Positions 1 to 15,000 of a stretch of DNA of 64,000 nt are shown one piece after another. The DNA is taken from the NCBI GenBank assembly GCA_026770705.1, contig JANJGN010000021.1:117986001-118050000 (forward strand). The letters run 5' to 3'. Below the pieces are notes generated by a model. That model did not search any database. It was not told the origin of the DNA and saw only the letters and a program-made list of their open reading frames with translations. The stretch is from Isurus oxyrinchus. Its lineage: Eukaryota. Made by a program: the position numbers and the translations under genes. The first letter of the stretch is position 1. Every line of letters starts with the position of its first letter.

Positions 1-3000
1 AGAGACCGGTCCACAATGAGTCTGGTTCTAGTTTAGAGACCGGTCCACAAAGAGTCTGGTTCTAGTTTAGAGACCGGTTCTCAGTGATTCCGGTTCTAGT
101 ATAGAGACCAGTGCACAGTGAGTCTGGTTCTAGTATAGAGACCAGTCCACAGTGAGTCTTGTTCTAATATAAAGACCAGTGCACAGTGAGTATAGTTCTA
201 GTATACAGACCGGTCCACAGTGAGCCTGGTTCTAGCATAGAGACCTGTCCACAGTGCTTATGGTTCTAGTATGGAGACTGGTCCACAGTGTCTGGTTCTA
301 GTATAGAGACTGGTCCACAGTGAGTTTGGTTCTAGTACAGAGACCTGTCCACAGTGAGTCTGGTTCCCTAGTATAGAGACCAATGCACAGTGAGTCTAGT
401 TCTAGTATAGAGACCGATCCACAGTGAGTCTGTTCTAGTATAGAGACCGGTCCACAATGAGTCTGGTTCTAGTTTAGAGACCGGTTCTCAGTGATTCCGG
501 TTCTAGTATAGAGACCAGTGCACAGTGAGTCTGGTTCTAATATAAAGACCAGTGCACAGTAAGTCTGGTTCTAGTATAGAGACCGATCCACAGTGAGTCC
601 GGTTCTAGTATAGAGACCGCTCCACAGTGAGTCTGGTTCTAATGTGGAAACTGGTCCACATTGATTCTGGTTCTAGTATACAGGCCGGTCCACAGTAAGT
701 CTGGCTCTAGTATAGAGACCAATACACAATGTGTCAGTTCTAGTATAGAGACCAGTCCACAGCGAGTCTGGTTATAGTATAGAGACCGGTCCACAGTGAT
801 TCTGGTTCTAGTATAGGAACCGGCCCACAGTGAGTCTGGTTCTAATGTAGAGACCGGTCCACAGTGAGTCTGGTTCTAGTATAGAGACCAGTCCACAGTG
901 AGTCTGGTTCTAGTATAGAGACCAGTCCACAGTGAGTCTGGTTCTAGTATAGAGAACAGTCCACAGCGATTCTGGTTGTAGTATAGAGACCGGTCCACAG
1001 AGAGTCTGGTTCTAGTATAGAGACCCAGTCCACAGTGATTCTGGTTCTGGTATAGAGACCAGTCCACAGCAAGTCTGGTTCTGGTATAGAGACCGGTCCA
1101 CAGCAAGTCTGGTTCTAGTATAGGAACCAGTCCACAGTGAGTCTGCTTCTAGTATAGAGACAGGTCCGTAGTGAGTCTGTTCTAGTATAGAGACCGGTCC
1201 ACAGTGAGTCTAGTTCTAGTATAGAAACCAGTCCATACTAAATCTTGTTCTAGTACAGAGACCTGTCCACAATGATTATGGTTCTAGTATAGAGACCGGC
1301 CCACAGTGAGTGTGGTTCTCTAGTATAGAGGCCGGTCCACAATGAGTCTGGTTCTAGTATAGAGACTGGTCCACAGTAGGTCTGGTTCTAGTCTAGAGAC
1401 CGGTCCACCGTGAGTCTGGTTCTAGTATAGAGACCGGTCCACAGTGAGTCTGGTTCTAGTATAGAGACCGGTCCACAGTGAGTCTGGTTCTAATGTGGAA
1501 ACCGGTCCACATTGAGTCTGGTTCTAGTATAGAGACCAGTACACAGTGAGTCGGTTCTAGTATAATGACCAGTCCACAGCAAGTCTGGTTATAGTATAGA
1601 GACCAGTACACAGTGATTCTGGTTCTAGTATAGGAACTGGCCCACAGTAAGTCTGGTTCCAATGTAGAGACCGATCCACAGTGAGTCTGATTCTAGTATA
1701 GAGACCAGTCCACAGTGAGTCTGGTTCTAGTATAGAGACCGGTCCACAGTGATTCCGGTTCTAGTATAGAGACCAGTCCACAGTGAGTCTAGTTCTAACA
1801 TAGAGACCGGTCCACAGTGAGTCTTGTTCTATTATAGAGACCAGTCCACTGTGAGTCTGGTTCTAGTACAGAGACCGGTCCACAATGAGTCTGGTTCTAG
1901 CATAGAGACCTGTCCACAGTGATTATGGTTCTAGTATAGAGACCGGTCCACAGTGAGTTTGGTTCTAGTAGAGAGATCGGTCCACAGTGAGTCTGGTTCT
2001 AGTATAGAGACCGGTCGACAATGAGTCTGGTTCTAGTATAGAGACCGGTCCACAGTGAGTCTGGTTCTAGTATAGAGACCAGTCCACAGTGAGTCTTGTT
2101 CTAGTATAAAGACCAGTGCACAGTGAGTATAGTTCTAGTATACAGACCGGTCCACAGTGAGCCTGGTTCTAGCATAGAGACCTGTCCACAGTGCTTATGG
2201 TTCTAGTATGGAGACTGGTCCACAGTGTCTGGTTCTAGTATAGAGACTGGTCCACAGTGAGTTTGGTTCTAGTACAGAGACCTGTCCACAGTGAGTCTGG
2301 TTCCCTAGTATAGAGACCAATGCACAGTGAGTCTAGTTCTAGTATAGAGACCGATCCACAGTGAGTCTGTTCTAGTATAGAGACCGGTCCACAATGAGTC
2401 TGGTTCTAGTTTAGAGACCGGTTCTCAGTGATTCCGGTTCTAGTATAGAGACCAGTGCACAGTGAGTCTGGTTCTAATATAAAGACCAGTGCACAGTAAG
2501 TCTGGTTCTAGTATAGAGACCGATCCACAGTGAGTCCGGTTCTAGTATAGAGACCGCTCCACAGTGAGTCTGGTTCTAATGTGGAAACTGGTCCACATTG
2601 ATTCTGGTTCTAGTATACAGGCCGGTCCACAGTAAGTCTGGCTCTAGTATAGAGACCAATACACAATGTGTCAGTTCTAGTATAGAGACCAGTCCACAGC
2701 GAGTCTGGTTATAGTATAGAGACCGGTCCACAGTGATTCTGGTTCTAGTATAGGAACCGGCCCACAGTGAGTCTGGTTCTAATGTAGAGACCGGTCCACA
2801 GTGAGTCTGGTTCTAGTATAGAGACCAGTCCACAGTGAGTCTGGTTCTAGTATAGAGACCAGTCCACAGTGAGTCTGGTTCTAGTATAGAGAACAGTCCA
2901 CAGCGATTCTGGTTGTAGTATAGAGACCGGTCCACAGAGAGTCTGGTTCTAGTATAGAGACCCAGTCCACAGTGATTCTGGTTCTGGTATAGAGACCAGT

Positions 3001-6000
3001 CCACAGCAAGTCTGGTTCTGGTATAGAGACCGGTCCACAGCAAGTCTGGTTCTAGTATAGGAACCAGTCCACAGTGAGTCTGCTTCTAGTATAGAGACAG
3101 GTCCGTAGTGAGTCTGGTTCTAGTATAGCGACTAGTCCACAGTGATTATGGTTCTAGGATAGAGACCTGTCCACCGTGAGTCTAGTTCTAGTATAGAAAC
3201 CGGTTCATAGTGAATCTTGTTCCAGTACAGAGACCGGTCCACAGTGATTATGGTTCTAGTATGGAGACCAGTACACAGTGAGTCTGGTTCCAGTATAGAG
3301 ACCGGTCCACAATGTGTCTGGTTCTAGTTTAGAGACCGGTTCTCAGTGATTCCGGTTCTAGTATAGAGACCAGTGCACAGTGAGTCTGGTTCTAGTATAG
3401 AGACCAGTCCACAGTGAGTCTGGTTCTAGTATAAAGACCAGTGCACAGTGAGTCTGGTTCTATTATAGAGACCGGTCCATAGTGAGTCTGGTTCTAGTAT
3501 AGAGACCAGTCCACAGTGAGTCTGGTTCTAGTCTAGAGACCGGTCCACTGTGAGTCTGGTTCTAGTATAGAGACCGGTCCACAGTGAGTCTGGTTCTAGT
3601 ATAGAGACCGGTCCACAGTGAGTCTGGTTCTAATGTGGAAACCGGTCCACATTGAGTCTGGTTCTAGTATAGAGACCAGTACACAGTGAGTCGGTTCTAG
3701 TATAATGACCAGTCCACAGCAAGTCTGGTTATAGTATAGAGACCAGTACACAGTGATTCTGGTTCTAGTATAGGAACTGGCCCACAGTAAGTCTGGTTCC
3801 AATGTAGAGACCGATCCACAGTGAGTCTGGTTCTAGTATAGAGACCAGTCCACAGTGAGTCTGGTTCTAGTATAGAGACCGGTCCACAGTGATTCCGGTT
3901 CTAGTATAGAGACCAGTCCACAGTGAGTCTAGTTCTAGCATAGAGACCGGTCCACAGTGAGTCTTGTTCTATTATAGAGACCAGTCCACTGTGAGTCTGG
4001 TTCTAGTACAGAGACTGGTCCACAATGAGTCTGGTTCTAGCATAGAGACCTGTCCACAGTGATTATGGTTCTAGTATAGAGACCGGTCCACAGTGAGTTT
4101 GGTTCTAGTAGAGAGATCGGTCCACAGTGAGTCTGGTTCTAGTATAGAGACCGGTCGACAATGAGTCTGGTTCTAGTATAGAGACCGGTCCACAGTGAGT
4201 CTGGTTCTAGTATAGAGACCAGTCCACAATGAGTCTGGTTCTAGTTTAGAGACCGGTCCACAATGAGTCCGGTTCTAGTTTAGAGACCGGTTCTCAGTGA
4301 TTCCGGTTCTAGTATAGAGACCAGTGCACAGTGAGTCTGGTTCTAGTATAGAGACCAGTCCACAGTGAGTCTTGTTCTAGTATAAAGACCAGTGCAGTGA
4401 GTATAGTTCTAGTATACAGACCGGTCCACAGTGAGCCTGGTTCTAGCATAGAGACCTCTCCACAGTGCTTATGGTTCTAGTATGGAGACTGGTCCACAGT
4501 GTCTGGTTCTAGTATAGAGACTGGTCCACAGTGAGTCTGGTTCTAGTACAGAGACCTGTCCACAGTGAGTCTGGTTCCCTAGTATAGAGACCAATGCACA
4601 GTGAGTCTAGTTCTAGTATAGAGACCGATCCACAGTGAGTCTGTACTAGTATAGAGACCGGTCAACAGTGATTATGGTTCTAGTATAGAGACCGGTCCAC
4701 AGTGAGTCTAGTTCTAGTATAGAAACCAGTCCATACTAAATCTTGTTCTAGTACAGAGACCTGTCCACAATGATTATGGTTCTAGTATAGAGACCGGCCC
4801 ACAGTGAGTGTGGTTCTCTAGTATAGAGGCCGGTCCACAATGAGTCTGGTTCTAGTTTAGAGACCGGTCCACAATGAGTCTGGTTCTAGTTTAGAGACCG
4901 GTTCTCAGTGATTCCGGTTCTAGTATAGAGACCAGTGCACAGTGAGTCTGGTTTTAGTATAGGAACTGGCCCACAGTAAGTCTGGTTCCAATGTAGAGAC
5001 CGATCCACAGTGAGTCTGGTTCTAGTATAGAGACCAGTCCACAGTGAGTCTGGTTCTAGTATAGAGACCGGTCCACAGTGATTCCGGTTCTAGTATAGAG
5101 ACCAGTCCACAGTGAGTCTAGTTCTAGCATAGAGACCGGTCCACAGTGAGTCTTGTTCTATTATAGAGACCAGTCCACTGTGAGTCTGGTTCTAGTACAG
5201 AGACTGGTCCACAATGAGTCTGGTTCTAGCATAGAGACCTGTCCACAGTGATTATGGTTCTAGTATAGAGACCGGTCCACAGTGAGTTTGGTTCTAGTAG
5301 AGAGATCGGTCCACAGTGAGTCTGGTTCTAGTATAGAGACCGGTCGACAATGAGTCTGGTTCTAGTATAGAGACCGGTCCACAGTGAGTCTGGTTCTAGT
5401 ATAGAGACCAGTCCACAATGAGTCTGGTTCTAGTTTAGAGACCGGTCCACAATGAGTCCGGTTCTAGTTTAGAGACCGGTTCTCAGTGATTCCGGTTCTA
5501 GTATAGAGACCAGTGCACAGTGAGTCTGGTTCTAGTATAGAGACCAGTCCACAGTGAGTCTTGTTCTAGTATAAAGACCAGTGCAGTGAGTATAGTTCTA
5601 GTATACAGACCGGTCCACAGTGAGCCTGGTTCTAGCATAGAGACCTCTCCACAGTGCTTATGGTTCTAGTATGGAGACTGGTCCACAGTGTCTGGTTCTA
5701 GTATAGAGACTGGTCCACAGTGAGTCTGGTTCTAGTACAGAGACCTGTCCACAGTGAGTCTGGTTCCCTAGTATAGAGACCAATGCACAGTGAGTCTAGT
5801 TCTAGTATAGAGACCGATCCACAGTGAGTCTGTACTAGTATAGAGACCGGTCAACAGTGATTATGGTTCTAGTATAGAGACCGGTCCACAGTGAGTCTAG
5901 TTCTAGTATAGAAACCAGTCCATACTAAATCTTGTTCTAGTACAGAGACCTGTCCACAATGATTATGGTTCTAGTATAGAGACCGGCCCACAGTGAGTGT

Positions 6001-9000
6001 GGTTCTCTAGTATAGAGGCCGGTCCACAATGAGTCTGGTTCTAGTTTAGAGACCGGTCCACAATGAGTCTGGTTCTAGTTTAGAGACCGGTTCTCAGTGA
6101 TTCCGGTTCTAGTATAGAGACCAGTGCACAGTGAGTCTGGTTTTAGTATAGGAACTGGCCCACAGTAAGTCTGGTTCCAATGTAGAGACCGATCCACAGT
6201 GAGTCTGGTTCTAGTATAGAGACCAGTCCACAGTGAGTCTGGTTCTAGTATAGAGACCGGTCCACAGTGATTCCGGTTCTAGTATAGAGACCAGTCCACA
6301 GTGAGTCTAGTTCTAGCATAGAGACCGGTCCACAGTGAGTCTTGTTCTATTATAGAGACCAGTCCACTGTGAGTCTGGTTCTAGTACAGAGACTGGTCCA
6401 CAATGAGTCTGGTTCTAGCATAGAGACCTGTCCACAGTGATTATGGTTCTAGTATAGAGACCGGTCCACAGTGAGTTTGGTTCTAGTAGAGAGATCGGTC
6501 CACAGTGAGTCTGGTTCTAGTATAGAGACCGGTCGACAATGAGTCTGGTTCTAGTATAGAGACCGGTCCACAGTGAGTCTGGTTCTAGTATAGAGACCAG
6601 TCCACAATGAGTCTGGTTCTAGTTTAGAGACCGGTCCACAATGAGTCCGGTTCTAGTTTAGAGACCGGTTCTCAGTGATTCCGGTTCTAGTATAGAGACC
6701 AGTGCACAGTGAGTCTGGTTCTAGTATAGAGACCAGTCCACAGTGAGTCTTGTTCTAGTATAAAGACCAGTGCAGTGAGTATAGTTCTAGTATACAGACC
6801 GGTCCACAGTGAGCCTGGTTCTAGCATAGAGACCTCTCCACAGTGCTTATGGTTCTAGTATGGAGACTGGTCCACAGTGTCTGGTTCTAGTATAGAGACT
6901 GGTCCACAGTGAGTCTGGTTCTAGTACAGAGACCTGTCCACAGTGAGTCTGGTTCCCTAGTATAGAGACCAATGCACAGTGAGTCTAGTTCTAGTATAGA
7001 GACCGATCCACAGTGAGTCTGTACTAGTATAGAGACCGGTCAACAGTGATTATGGTTCTAGTATAGAGACCGGTCCACAGTGAGTCTAGTTCTAGTATAG
7101 AAACCAGTCCATACTAAATCTTGTTCTAGTACAGAGACCTGTCCACAATGATTATGGTTCTAGTATAGAGACCGGCCCACAGTGAGTGTGGTTCTCTAGT
7201 ATAGAGGCCGGTCCACAATGAGTCTGGTTCTAGTTTAGAGACCGGTCCACAATGAGTCTGGTTCTAGTTTAGAGACCGGTTCTCAGTGATTCCGGTTCTA
7301 GTATAGAGACCAGTGCACAGTGAGTCTGGTTTTAGTATAGAGACCAGTCCACAGTGAGTCTTGTTCTATTATAGAGACCGGTCCACTGTGAGTCTGGTTC
7401 TAGTATAGACACAAGTTCACTGTCAGTCTGGTTCTTGTACAGCGACCGGTTCTCAGTGATTGCGGTTCTAGTATAGAGACCAGTGCACAGTGAGTCTGGT
7501 TCTAGTATAGAGACCAGTCCACAGTGAGTCTGGTTCTAGTATAGAGACCAGTCCACAGTGAGTCTGGTTCTAGTATAGAGACCAGTCATAACCGAGTCTG
7601 GTTCTAGTGTAGAGACAGGTCCAGAGTGATTATGGTTCTAGTATAGAGACTGGTCCGCAGTGAGTCTGGTTCTAGTATAGAGACCTGTTCACAGTGATAT
7701 GGTTCCAGTATAGAGACCAGTCCACAGTGATTCTAGTTCTAGTATAGAGACCAGTTCAGAGTGATTATGGTTCTAGTATAGAGACCAGTACACAGTGAGT
7801 CCAGTTCTAGTATAGAGACCGGTCCACAGAGAGTCTGGTTCAGTATAGAGACCTGTCCTCAGTAACCCTGGTTCTAGTATAGAGACCAGTCCACAGTGAT
7901 TCTTGTTCTAGTATAAAGACCAGTGCACAGTGAGTATAGTTCTAGTATACAGACCGGTCCACAGTGAGCCTGGTTCTAGCATAGAGACCTGTCCACAGTG
8001 CTTATGGTTCTAGTATGGAGACTGGTCCACAGTGTCTGGTTCTAGTATAGAGACTGGTCCACAGTGAGTCTGGTTCTAGTACAGAGACCTGTCCACAGTG
8101 AGTCTGGTTCCCTAGTATAGAGACCAATGCACAGTGAGTCTAGTTCTAGTATAAAGACCGATCCACAGTGAGTCTGTTCTAGTATAGAGACCGGTCCACA
8201 ATGAGTCTGGTTCTAGTTTAGAGACCGGTTCTCAGTGATTCCGGTTCTAGTATAGAGACCAGTGCACAGTGAGTCTGGTTTTAGTATAGAGACCAGTCCA
8301 CAGTGAGTCTGGTTCTAATATAAAGACCAGTGCACAGTAAGTCTGGTTCTAGTATAGAGACCGATCCACAGTGAGTCTGGTTCTAGTATAGAGACCGGTC
8401 CACAGAGAGTCTGGTTCTAATGTGGAAACCGGTCCACATTGAGTCTGGTTCTAGTATAGAGGCCGGTCCACAGTAAGTCTGGCTCTAGTATAGAGACCAA
8501 TACACAATGTGTCAGTTCTAGTATAGAGACCAGTCCACAGCGAGTCTGGTTATAGTATAGAGACCGGTCCACAGTGATTCTGGTTCTAGTATAGGAACCG
8601 GCCCACAGTGAGTCTGGTTCTAATGTAGAGACCGGTCCACAGTGAGTCTGGTTCTAGTATAGAGACCAGTCCACAGTGAGTCTGGTTCTAGTATAGAGAA
8701 CAGTCCACAGCGATTCTGGTTGTAGTATAGAGACCGGTCCACAGAGAGTCTGGTTCTAGTATAGAGACCCAGTCCACAGTGATTCTGGTTCTGGTATAGA
8801 GACCAGTCCACAGCAAGTCTGGTTCTGGTATAGAGACCGGTCCACAGCAAGTCTGGTTCTAGTATAGGAACCAGTCCACAGTGAGTCTGCTTCTAGTATA
8901 GAGACAGGTCCGTAGTGAGTCTGGTTCTAGTATAGAGACTAGTCCACAGTGATTATGGTTCTAGGATAGAGACCTGTCCACAGTGAGTCTAGTTCTAGTA

Positions 9001-12000
9001 TAGAAACCGGTTCATAGTGAATCTTGTTCCAGTACAGAGACCGGTCCACAGTGATTATGGTTCTAGTATGGAGACCAGTACACAGTGAGTCTGGTTCCAG
9101 TATAGAGACCAGTCCACAATGAGTCTGGTTCCAGTTTAGAGACCGGTTCTCAGTGATTCCGGTTCTAGTATAGAGACCAGTGCACAGTGAGTCTGGTTCT
9201 AGTATAGAGACCAGTCCACAGTGAGTCTGGTTCTAGTATGAAGACCAGTGCACAGTGAGTCTGGTTCTATTATAGAGACCGGTCCATAGTGAGTCTGGTT
9301 CTAGTATAGAGACTGGTCCACAGTGAGTCTGGTTCTAGTCTAGAGACCGGTCCACCGTGAGTCTGGTTCTAGTATAGAGACCGGTCCACAGTGAGTCTGG
9401 TTCTAGTATAGAGACCGGTCCACAGTGAGTCTGGTTCTAATGTGGAAACCGGTCCACATTGAGTCTGGTTCTAGTATAGAGACCAGTACACAGTGAGTCG
9501 GTTCTAGTATAATGACCAGTCCACAGCGAGTCTGGTTATAGTATAGAGACCAGTACACAGTGATTCTGGTTCTAGTATAGGAACTGGCCTACAGTAAGTC
9601 TGGTTCCAATGTAGAGACCGATCCACAGTGAGTCTGGTTCTAGTATAGAGACCAGTCCACAGTGAGTCTGGTTCTAGTATAGAGACCGGTCCACAGTGAG
9701 TCTGGTTCTAGTATAGAGACCGGTCCACAGTGAGTCTGGTTCTAATGTGGAAACCGGTCCACATTGAGTCTGGTTCTAGTATAGAGACCAGTACACAGTG
9801 AGTCGGTTCTAGTATAATGACCAGTCCACAGCAAGTCTGGTTATAGTATAGAGACCAGTACACAGTGATTCTGGTTCTAGTATAGGAACTGGCCCACAGT
9901 AAGTCTGGTTCCAATGTAGAGACCGATCCACAGTGAGTCTGGTTCTAGTATAGAGACCAGTCCACAGTGAGTCTGGTTCTAGTATAGAGACCGATCCACA
10001 GTGATTCCGGTTCTAGTATAGAGACCAGTCCACAGTGAGTCTAGTTCTAGCATAGAGACCGGTCCACAGTGAGTCTTGTTCTATTATAGAGACCAGTCCA
10101 CTGTGAGTCTGGTTCTAGTACAGAGACCGGTCCACAATGAGTCTGGTTCTAGCATAGAGACCTGTCCACAGTGATTATGGTTCTAGTATAGAGACCGGTC
10201 CACAGTGAGTTTGGTTCTAGTAGAGAGATCGGTCCACAGTGAGTCTGGTTCTAGTATAGAGACCGGTCGACAATGAGTCTGGTTCTAGTATAGAGACCGG
10301 TCCACAGTGAGTCTGGTTCTAGTATAGAGACCAGTCCACAGTGAGTCTTGTTCTAGTATAAAGACCAGTGCACAGTGAGTATAGTTCTAGTATACAGACC
10401 GGTCCACAGTGAGCCTGGTTCTAGCATAGAGACCTGTCCACAGTGCTTATGGTTCTAGTATGGAGACTGGTCCACAGTGTCTGGTTCTAGTATAGAGACT
10501 GGTCCACAGTGAGTTTGGTTCTAGTACAGAGACCTGTCCACAGTGAGTCTGGTTCCCTAGTATAGAGACCAATGCACAGTGAGTCTAGTTCTAGTATAAA
10601 GACCGATCCACAGTGAGTCTGTTCTAGTATAGAGACCGGTCCACAATGAGTCTGGTTCTAGTTTAGAGACCGGTTCTCAGTGATTCCGGTTCTAGTATAG
10701 AGACCAGTGCACAGTGAGTCTGGTTTTAGTATAGAGACCAGTCCACAGTGAGTCTGGTTCTAATATAAAGACCAGTGCACAGTAAGTCTGGTTCTAGTAT
10801 AGAGACCGATCCACAGTGAGTCTGGTTCTAGTATAGAGACCGGTCCACAGAGAGTCTGGTTCTAATGTGGAAACCGGTCCACATTGAGTCTGGTTCTAGT
10901 ATAGAGGCCGGTCCACAGTAAGTCTGGCTCTAGTATAGAGACCAATACACAATGTGTCAGTTCTAGTATAGAGACCAGTCCACAGCGAGTCTGGTTATAG
11001 TATAGAGACCGGTCCACAGTGATTCTGGTTCTAGTATAGGAACCGGCCCACAGTGAGTCTGGTTCTAATGTAGAGACCGGTCCACAGTGAGTCTGGTTCT
11101 AGTATAGAGACCAGTCCACAGTGAGTCTGGTTCTAGTATAGAGAACAGTCCACAGCGATTCTGGTTGTAGTATAGAGACCGGTCCACAGAGAGTCTGGTT
11201 CTAGTATAGAGACCCAGTCCACAGTGATTCTGGTTCTGGTATAGAGACCAGTCCACAGCAAGTCTGGTTCTGGTATAGAGACCGGTCCACAGCAAGTCTG
11301 GTTCTAGTATAGGAACCAGTCCACAGTGAGTCTGCTTCTAGTATAGAGACAGGTCCGTAGTGAGTCTGGTTCTAGTATAGAGACTAGTCCACAGTGATTA
11401 TGGTTCTAGGATAGAGACCTGTCCACAGTGAGTCTAGTTCTAGTATAGAAACCGGTTCATAGTGAATCTTGTTCCAGTACAGAGACCGGTCCACAGTGAT
11501 TATGGTTCTAGTATGGAGACCAGTACACAGTGAGTCTGGTTCCAGTATAGAGACCAGTCCACAATGAGTCTGGTTCCAGTTTAGAGACCGGTTCTCAGTG
11601 ATTCCGGTTCTAGTATAGAGACCAGTGCACAGTGAGTCTGGTTCTAGTATAGAGACCAGTCCACAGTGAGTCTGGTTCTAGTATGAAGACCAGTGCACAG
11701 TGAGTCTGGTTCTATTATAGAGACCGGTCCATAGTGAGTCTGGTTCTAGTATAGAGACTGGTCCACAGTGAGTCTGGTTCTAGTCTAGAGACCGGTCCAC
11801 CGTGAGTCTGGTTCTAGTATAGAGACCGGTCCACAGTGAATCTGGTTCTAGTATAGAGACCGGTCCACAGTGAGTCTGGTTCTAATGTGGAAACCGGTCC
11901 ACATTGAGTCTGGTTCTAGTATAGAGACCAGTACACAGTGAGTCGGTTCTAGTATAGGAACTGGCCTACAGTAAGTCTGGTTCCAATGTAGAGACCGATC

Positions 12001-15000
12001 CACAGTGAGTCTGGTTCTAGTATAGAGACCAGTCCACAGTGAGTCTGGTTCTAGTATAGAGACCGGTCCACAGTGATTCCGGTTCTAGTATAGAGACCAG
12101 TCCACAGTGAGTCTAGTTCTAGCATAGAGACCGGTCCACAGTGAGTCTTGTTCTATTATAGAGACCAGTCCACTGTGAGTCTGGTTCTAGTACAGAGACT
12201 GGTCCACAATGAGTCTGGTTCTAGCATAGAGACCTGTCCACAGTGATTATGGTTCTAGTATAGAGACCGGTCCACAGTGAGTTTGGTTCTAGTAGAGAGA
12301 TCGGTCCACAATGAGTCTGGTTCTAGCATACAGACCGGTCCACAGTGAGTCTGGTTCTAGTATAGAGACCGGTCCACAGTGAGTCTGGTTCTAGTATAGA
12401 GACCGGTCCACAATGAGTCTGGTTCTAGCTTAGAGACCGGTTCTCAGTGATTCCGGTTCTAGTATAGAGACCAGTGCACAGTGAGTCTGGTTCTAGTATA
12501 GAGACCAGTCCACAGTGAGTCTTGTTCTAGTATAAAGACCAGTGCTGTGAGTATAGTTCTAGTATACAGTCCGGTCCACAGTGAGCCTGGTTCTAGCATA
12601 GAGACCTCTCCACAGTGCTTATGGTTCTAGTATGGAGACTGGTCCACAGTGTCTGGTTCTAGTATAGAGACTGGTCCACAGTGAGTCTGGGTCTAGTACA
12701 GAGACCTGTCCACAGTGAGTCTGGTTCCCTAGTATAGAGACCAATGCACAGTGAGTCTGTACTAGTATAGAGACCGGTCCACAGTGATTATGGTTCTAGT
12801 ATAGAGACCGGTCCACAGTGAGTCTAGTTCTAGTATAGAAACCAGTCCATAGTAAATCTTGTTCTAGTACAGAGACCTGTCCACAATGATTATGGTTCTA
12901 GTATAGAGACCGGCCCACAGTGAGTGTGGTTCTCTAGTATAGAGACCGGTCCACAATGAGTCTGGTTCTAGTTTAGAGACCGGTCCACAACGAGTCTGGT
13001 TCTAGTTTAGAGACCGGTTCTCAGTGATTCCGGTTCTAGTATAGAGACCAGTGCACAGTGAGTCTGGTTTTAGTATAGAGACCAGTCCACAGTGAGTCTT
13101 GTTCTATTATAGAGACCGGTCCACTGTGAGTCTGGTTCTAGTATAGACACAAGTTCACTGTCAGTCTGGTTCTTGTACAGCGACCGGTTCTCAGTGATTG
13201 CGGTTCTAGTATAGAGACCAGTGCACAGTGAGTCTGGTTCTAGTATAGAGACCAGTCCACAGTGAGTCTGGTTCTATTATAGAGACCGGTCCACTGTGAG
13301 TCTGGTTCTAGTATAGACACAAGTTCACTGTCAGTCTGGTTCTTGTACAGCGACCGGTTCTCAGTGATTGCGGTTCTAGTATAGAGACCAGTGCACAGTG
13401 AGTCTGGTTCTAGTATAGAGACCAGTCCACAGTGAGTCTGGTTCTAGTATAGAGACCAGTGCACAGTGAGTCTGGTTCTAGTATAGAGACCAGTCCACAG
13501 TGAGTCTGGTTCTAGTACAGAGACCAGTCCACAGTGAGTCTGGTTCTAGTATAGAGACCAATCATAACCAAGTCTGGTTCTAGTGTAGAGACAGGTCCAG
13601 AGTGATTATGGTTCTAGTATAGAGACTGGTCCACAGTGAGTCTGGTTCTAGTATAGAGACCTGTTCACAGTGATATGGTTCCAGTATAGAGACCAGTCCA
13701 CAGTGATTCTAGTTCTAGTATAGAGGCCAGTTCAGAGTGATTATGGTTCTAGTATAGAGACCAGTACACAGTGAGTCCAGTTCTAGTATAGAGACCGGTC
13801 CACAGTGATTCTGGTTCAGTATAGAGACCTGTCCTCAGTAATCCTGGTTCTAGTATAGAGACCAGTCCTCAGTGAGTCTGGTTCTAGTATAGAGACCAGT
13901 CCACAGTGAGTCTTGTTCTAGTATAAAGACCAGTGCACAGTGAGTATAGTTCTACTATACAGACCAGTCCACAGTGAGTCTGGTTCTAGTATAGAGACCA
14001 GTCCTCAGTAAGCCTGGTTCTAGTATAGACGCCAGTCCTCAGTGAGTCTGGTTCTAATATAGAGACCAGTCCACAATGAATCTGCATCTAGTATAGAGAC
14101 CGGTCCACAGTGAGCCCGGGTCCAGTATAGTGACCGGTCCACAGTGAGCCCGGGTCTAGTATAGAGACCAGTCCACAGCGAGTCTGGTTCTAGTATAGAG
14201 ACCAGTCCACAATGAGAATGCTTCTAGTATATAGACCGGTCCACAGTGAGTCCGGGTCTAGTATAGAGGCCGCTCCACAGTGAGCCCAGTCTAGTATAGA
14301 GCCTGGTCCACAGTGAGTCCGGGTCTAGTACAGAGACCGGTCCACGGTGAGCCCAGGACTAGTATAGAGACCGGTCCACAATGAGCCCTGGTCCAGTATA
14401 GAGACCGGTCCACAGTGAGCCCGGGTCTAGTATAGAGACCAGTCCACAGCGAGTCTGGTTCTAGTATAGAGACCAGTCCACAATGAGAATGCTTCTAGTA
14501 TATAGACCAGTCCACAGCAAGTCTGGTTCTAGTATACAGACCAGTCCACAGTGAGTCTGGATCTAGTATAGAAAACAGTCCACAATGAGTCTGGTTCTAG
14601 TATAGAGACCGGTCCACAGTGAGTCTGGTTCTAACGTAGGAACCGGTCCACAGTGAGTCTGCTTCTAGTATAGAAAACAGTGCACAATAAGTCTGGTTCT
14701 ATTATAGAGACCGGTCCACTGTGAGTCTGATTCTTGTATAGAGACCAGTTCTCAGTGATTCTGGTTCTAGTATAGAAACCAATGCACAGTGAGTCTGGTT
14801 CTAGTATACAGACCAGTCCACAGTGAGTCTGGTTCTAGTATAGAGACCAGTGCACAGTGAGTCTAATTGTAGTATAGCTCCGGTCCACAGTGAGTCTGGT
14901 TCTAGTATAGAGACCGGTCCACATGAGTCTGGTTCTGTATAGGAACCGGTCCACAGTGAGTCTGGTTCTCTAGTATAGAGACCAGTCCACAATGAGTCTG

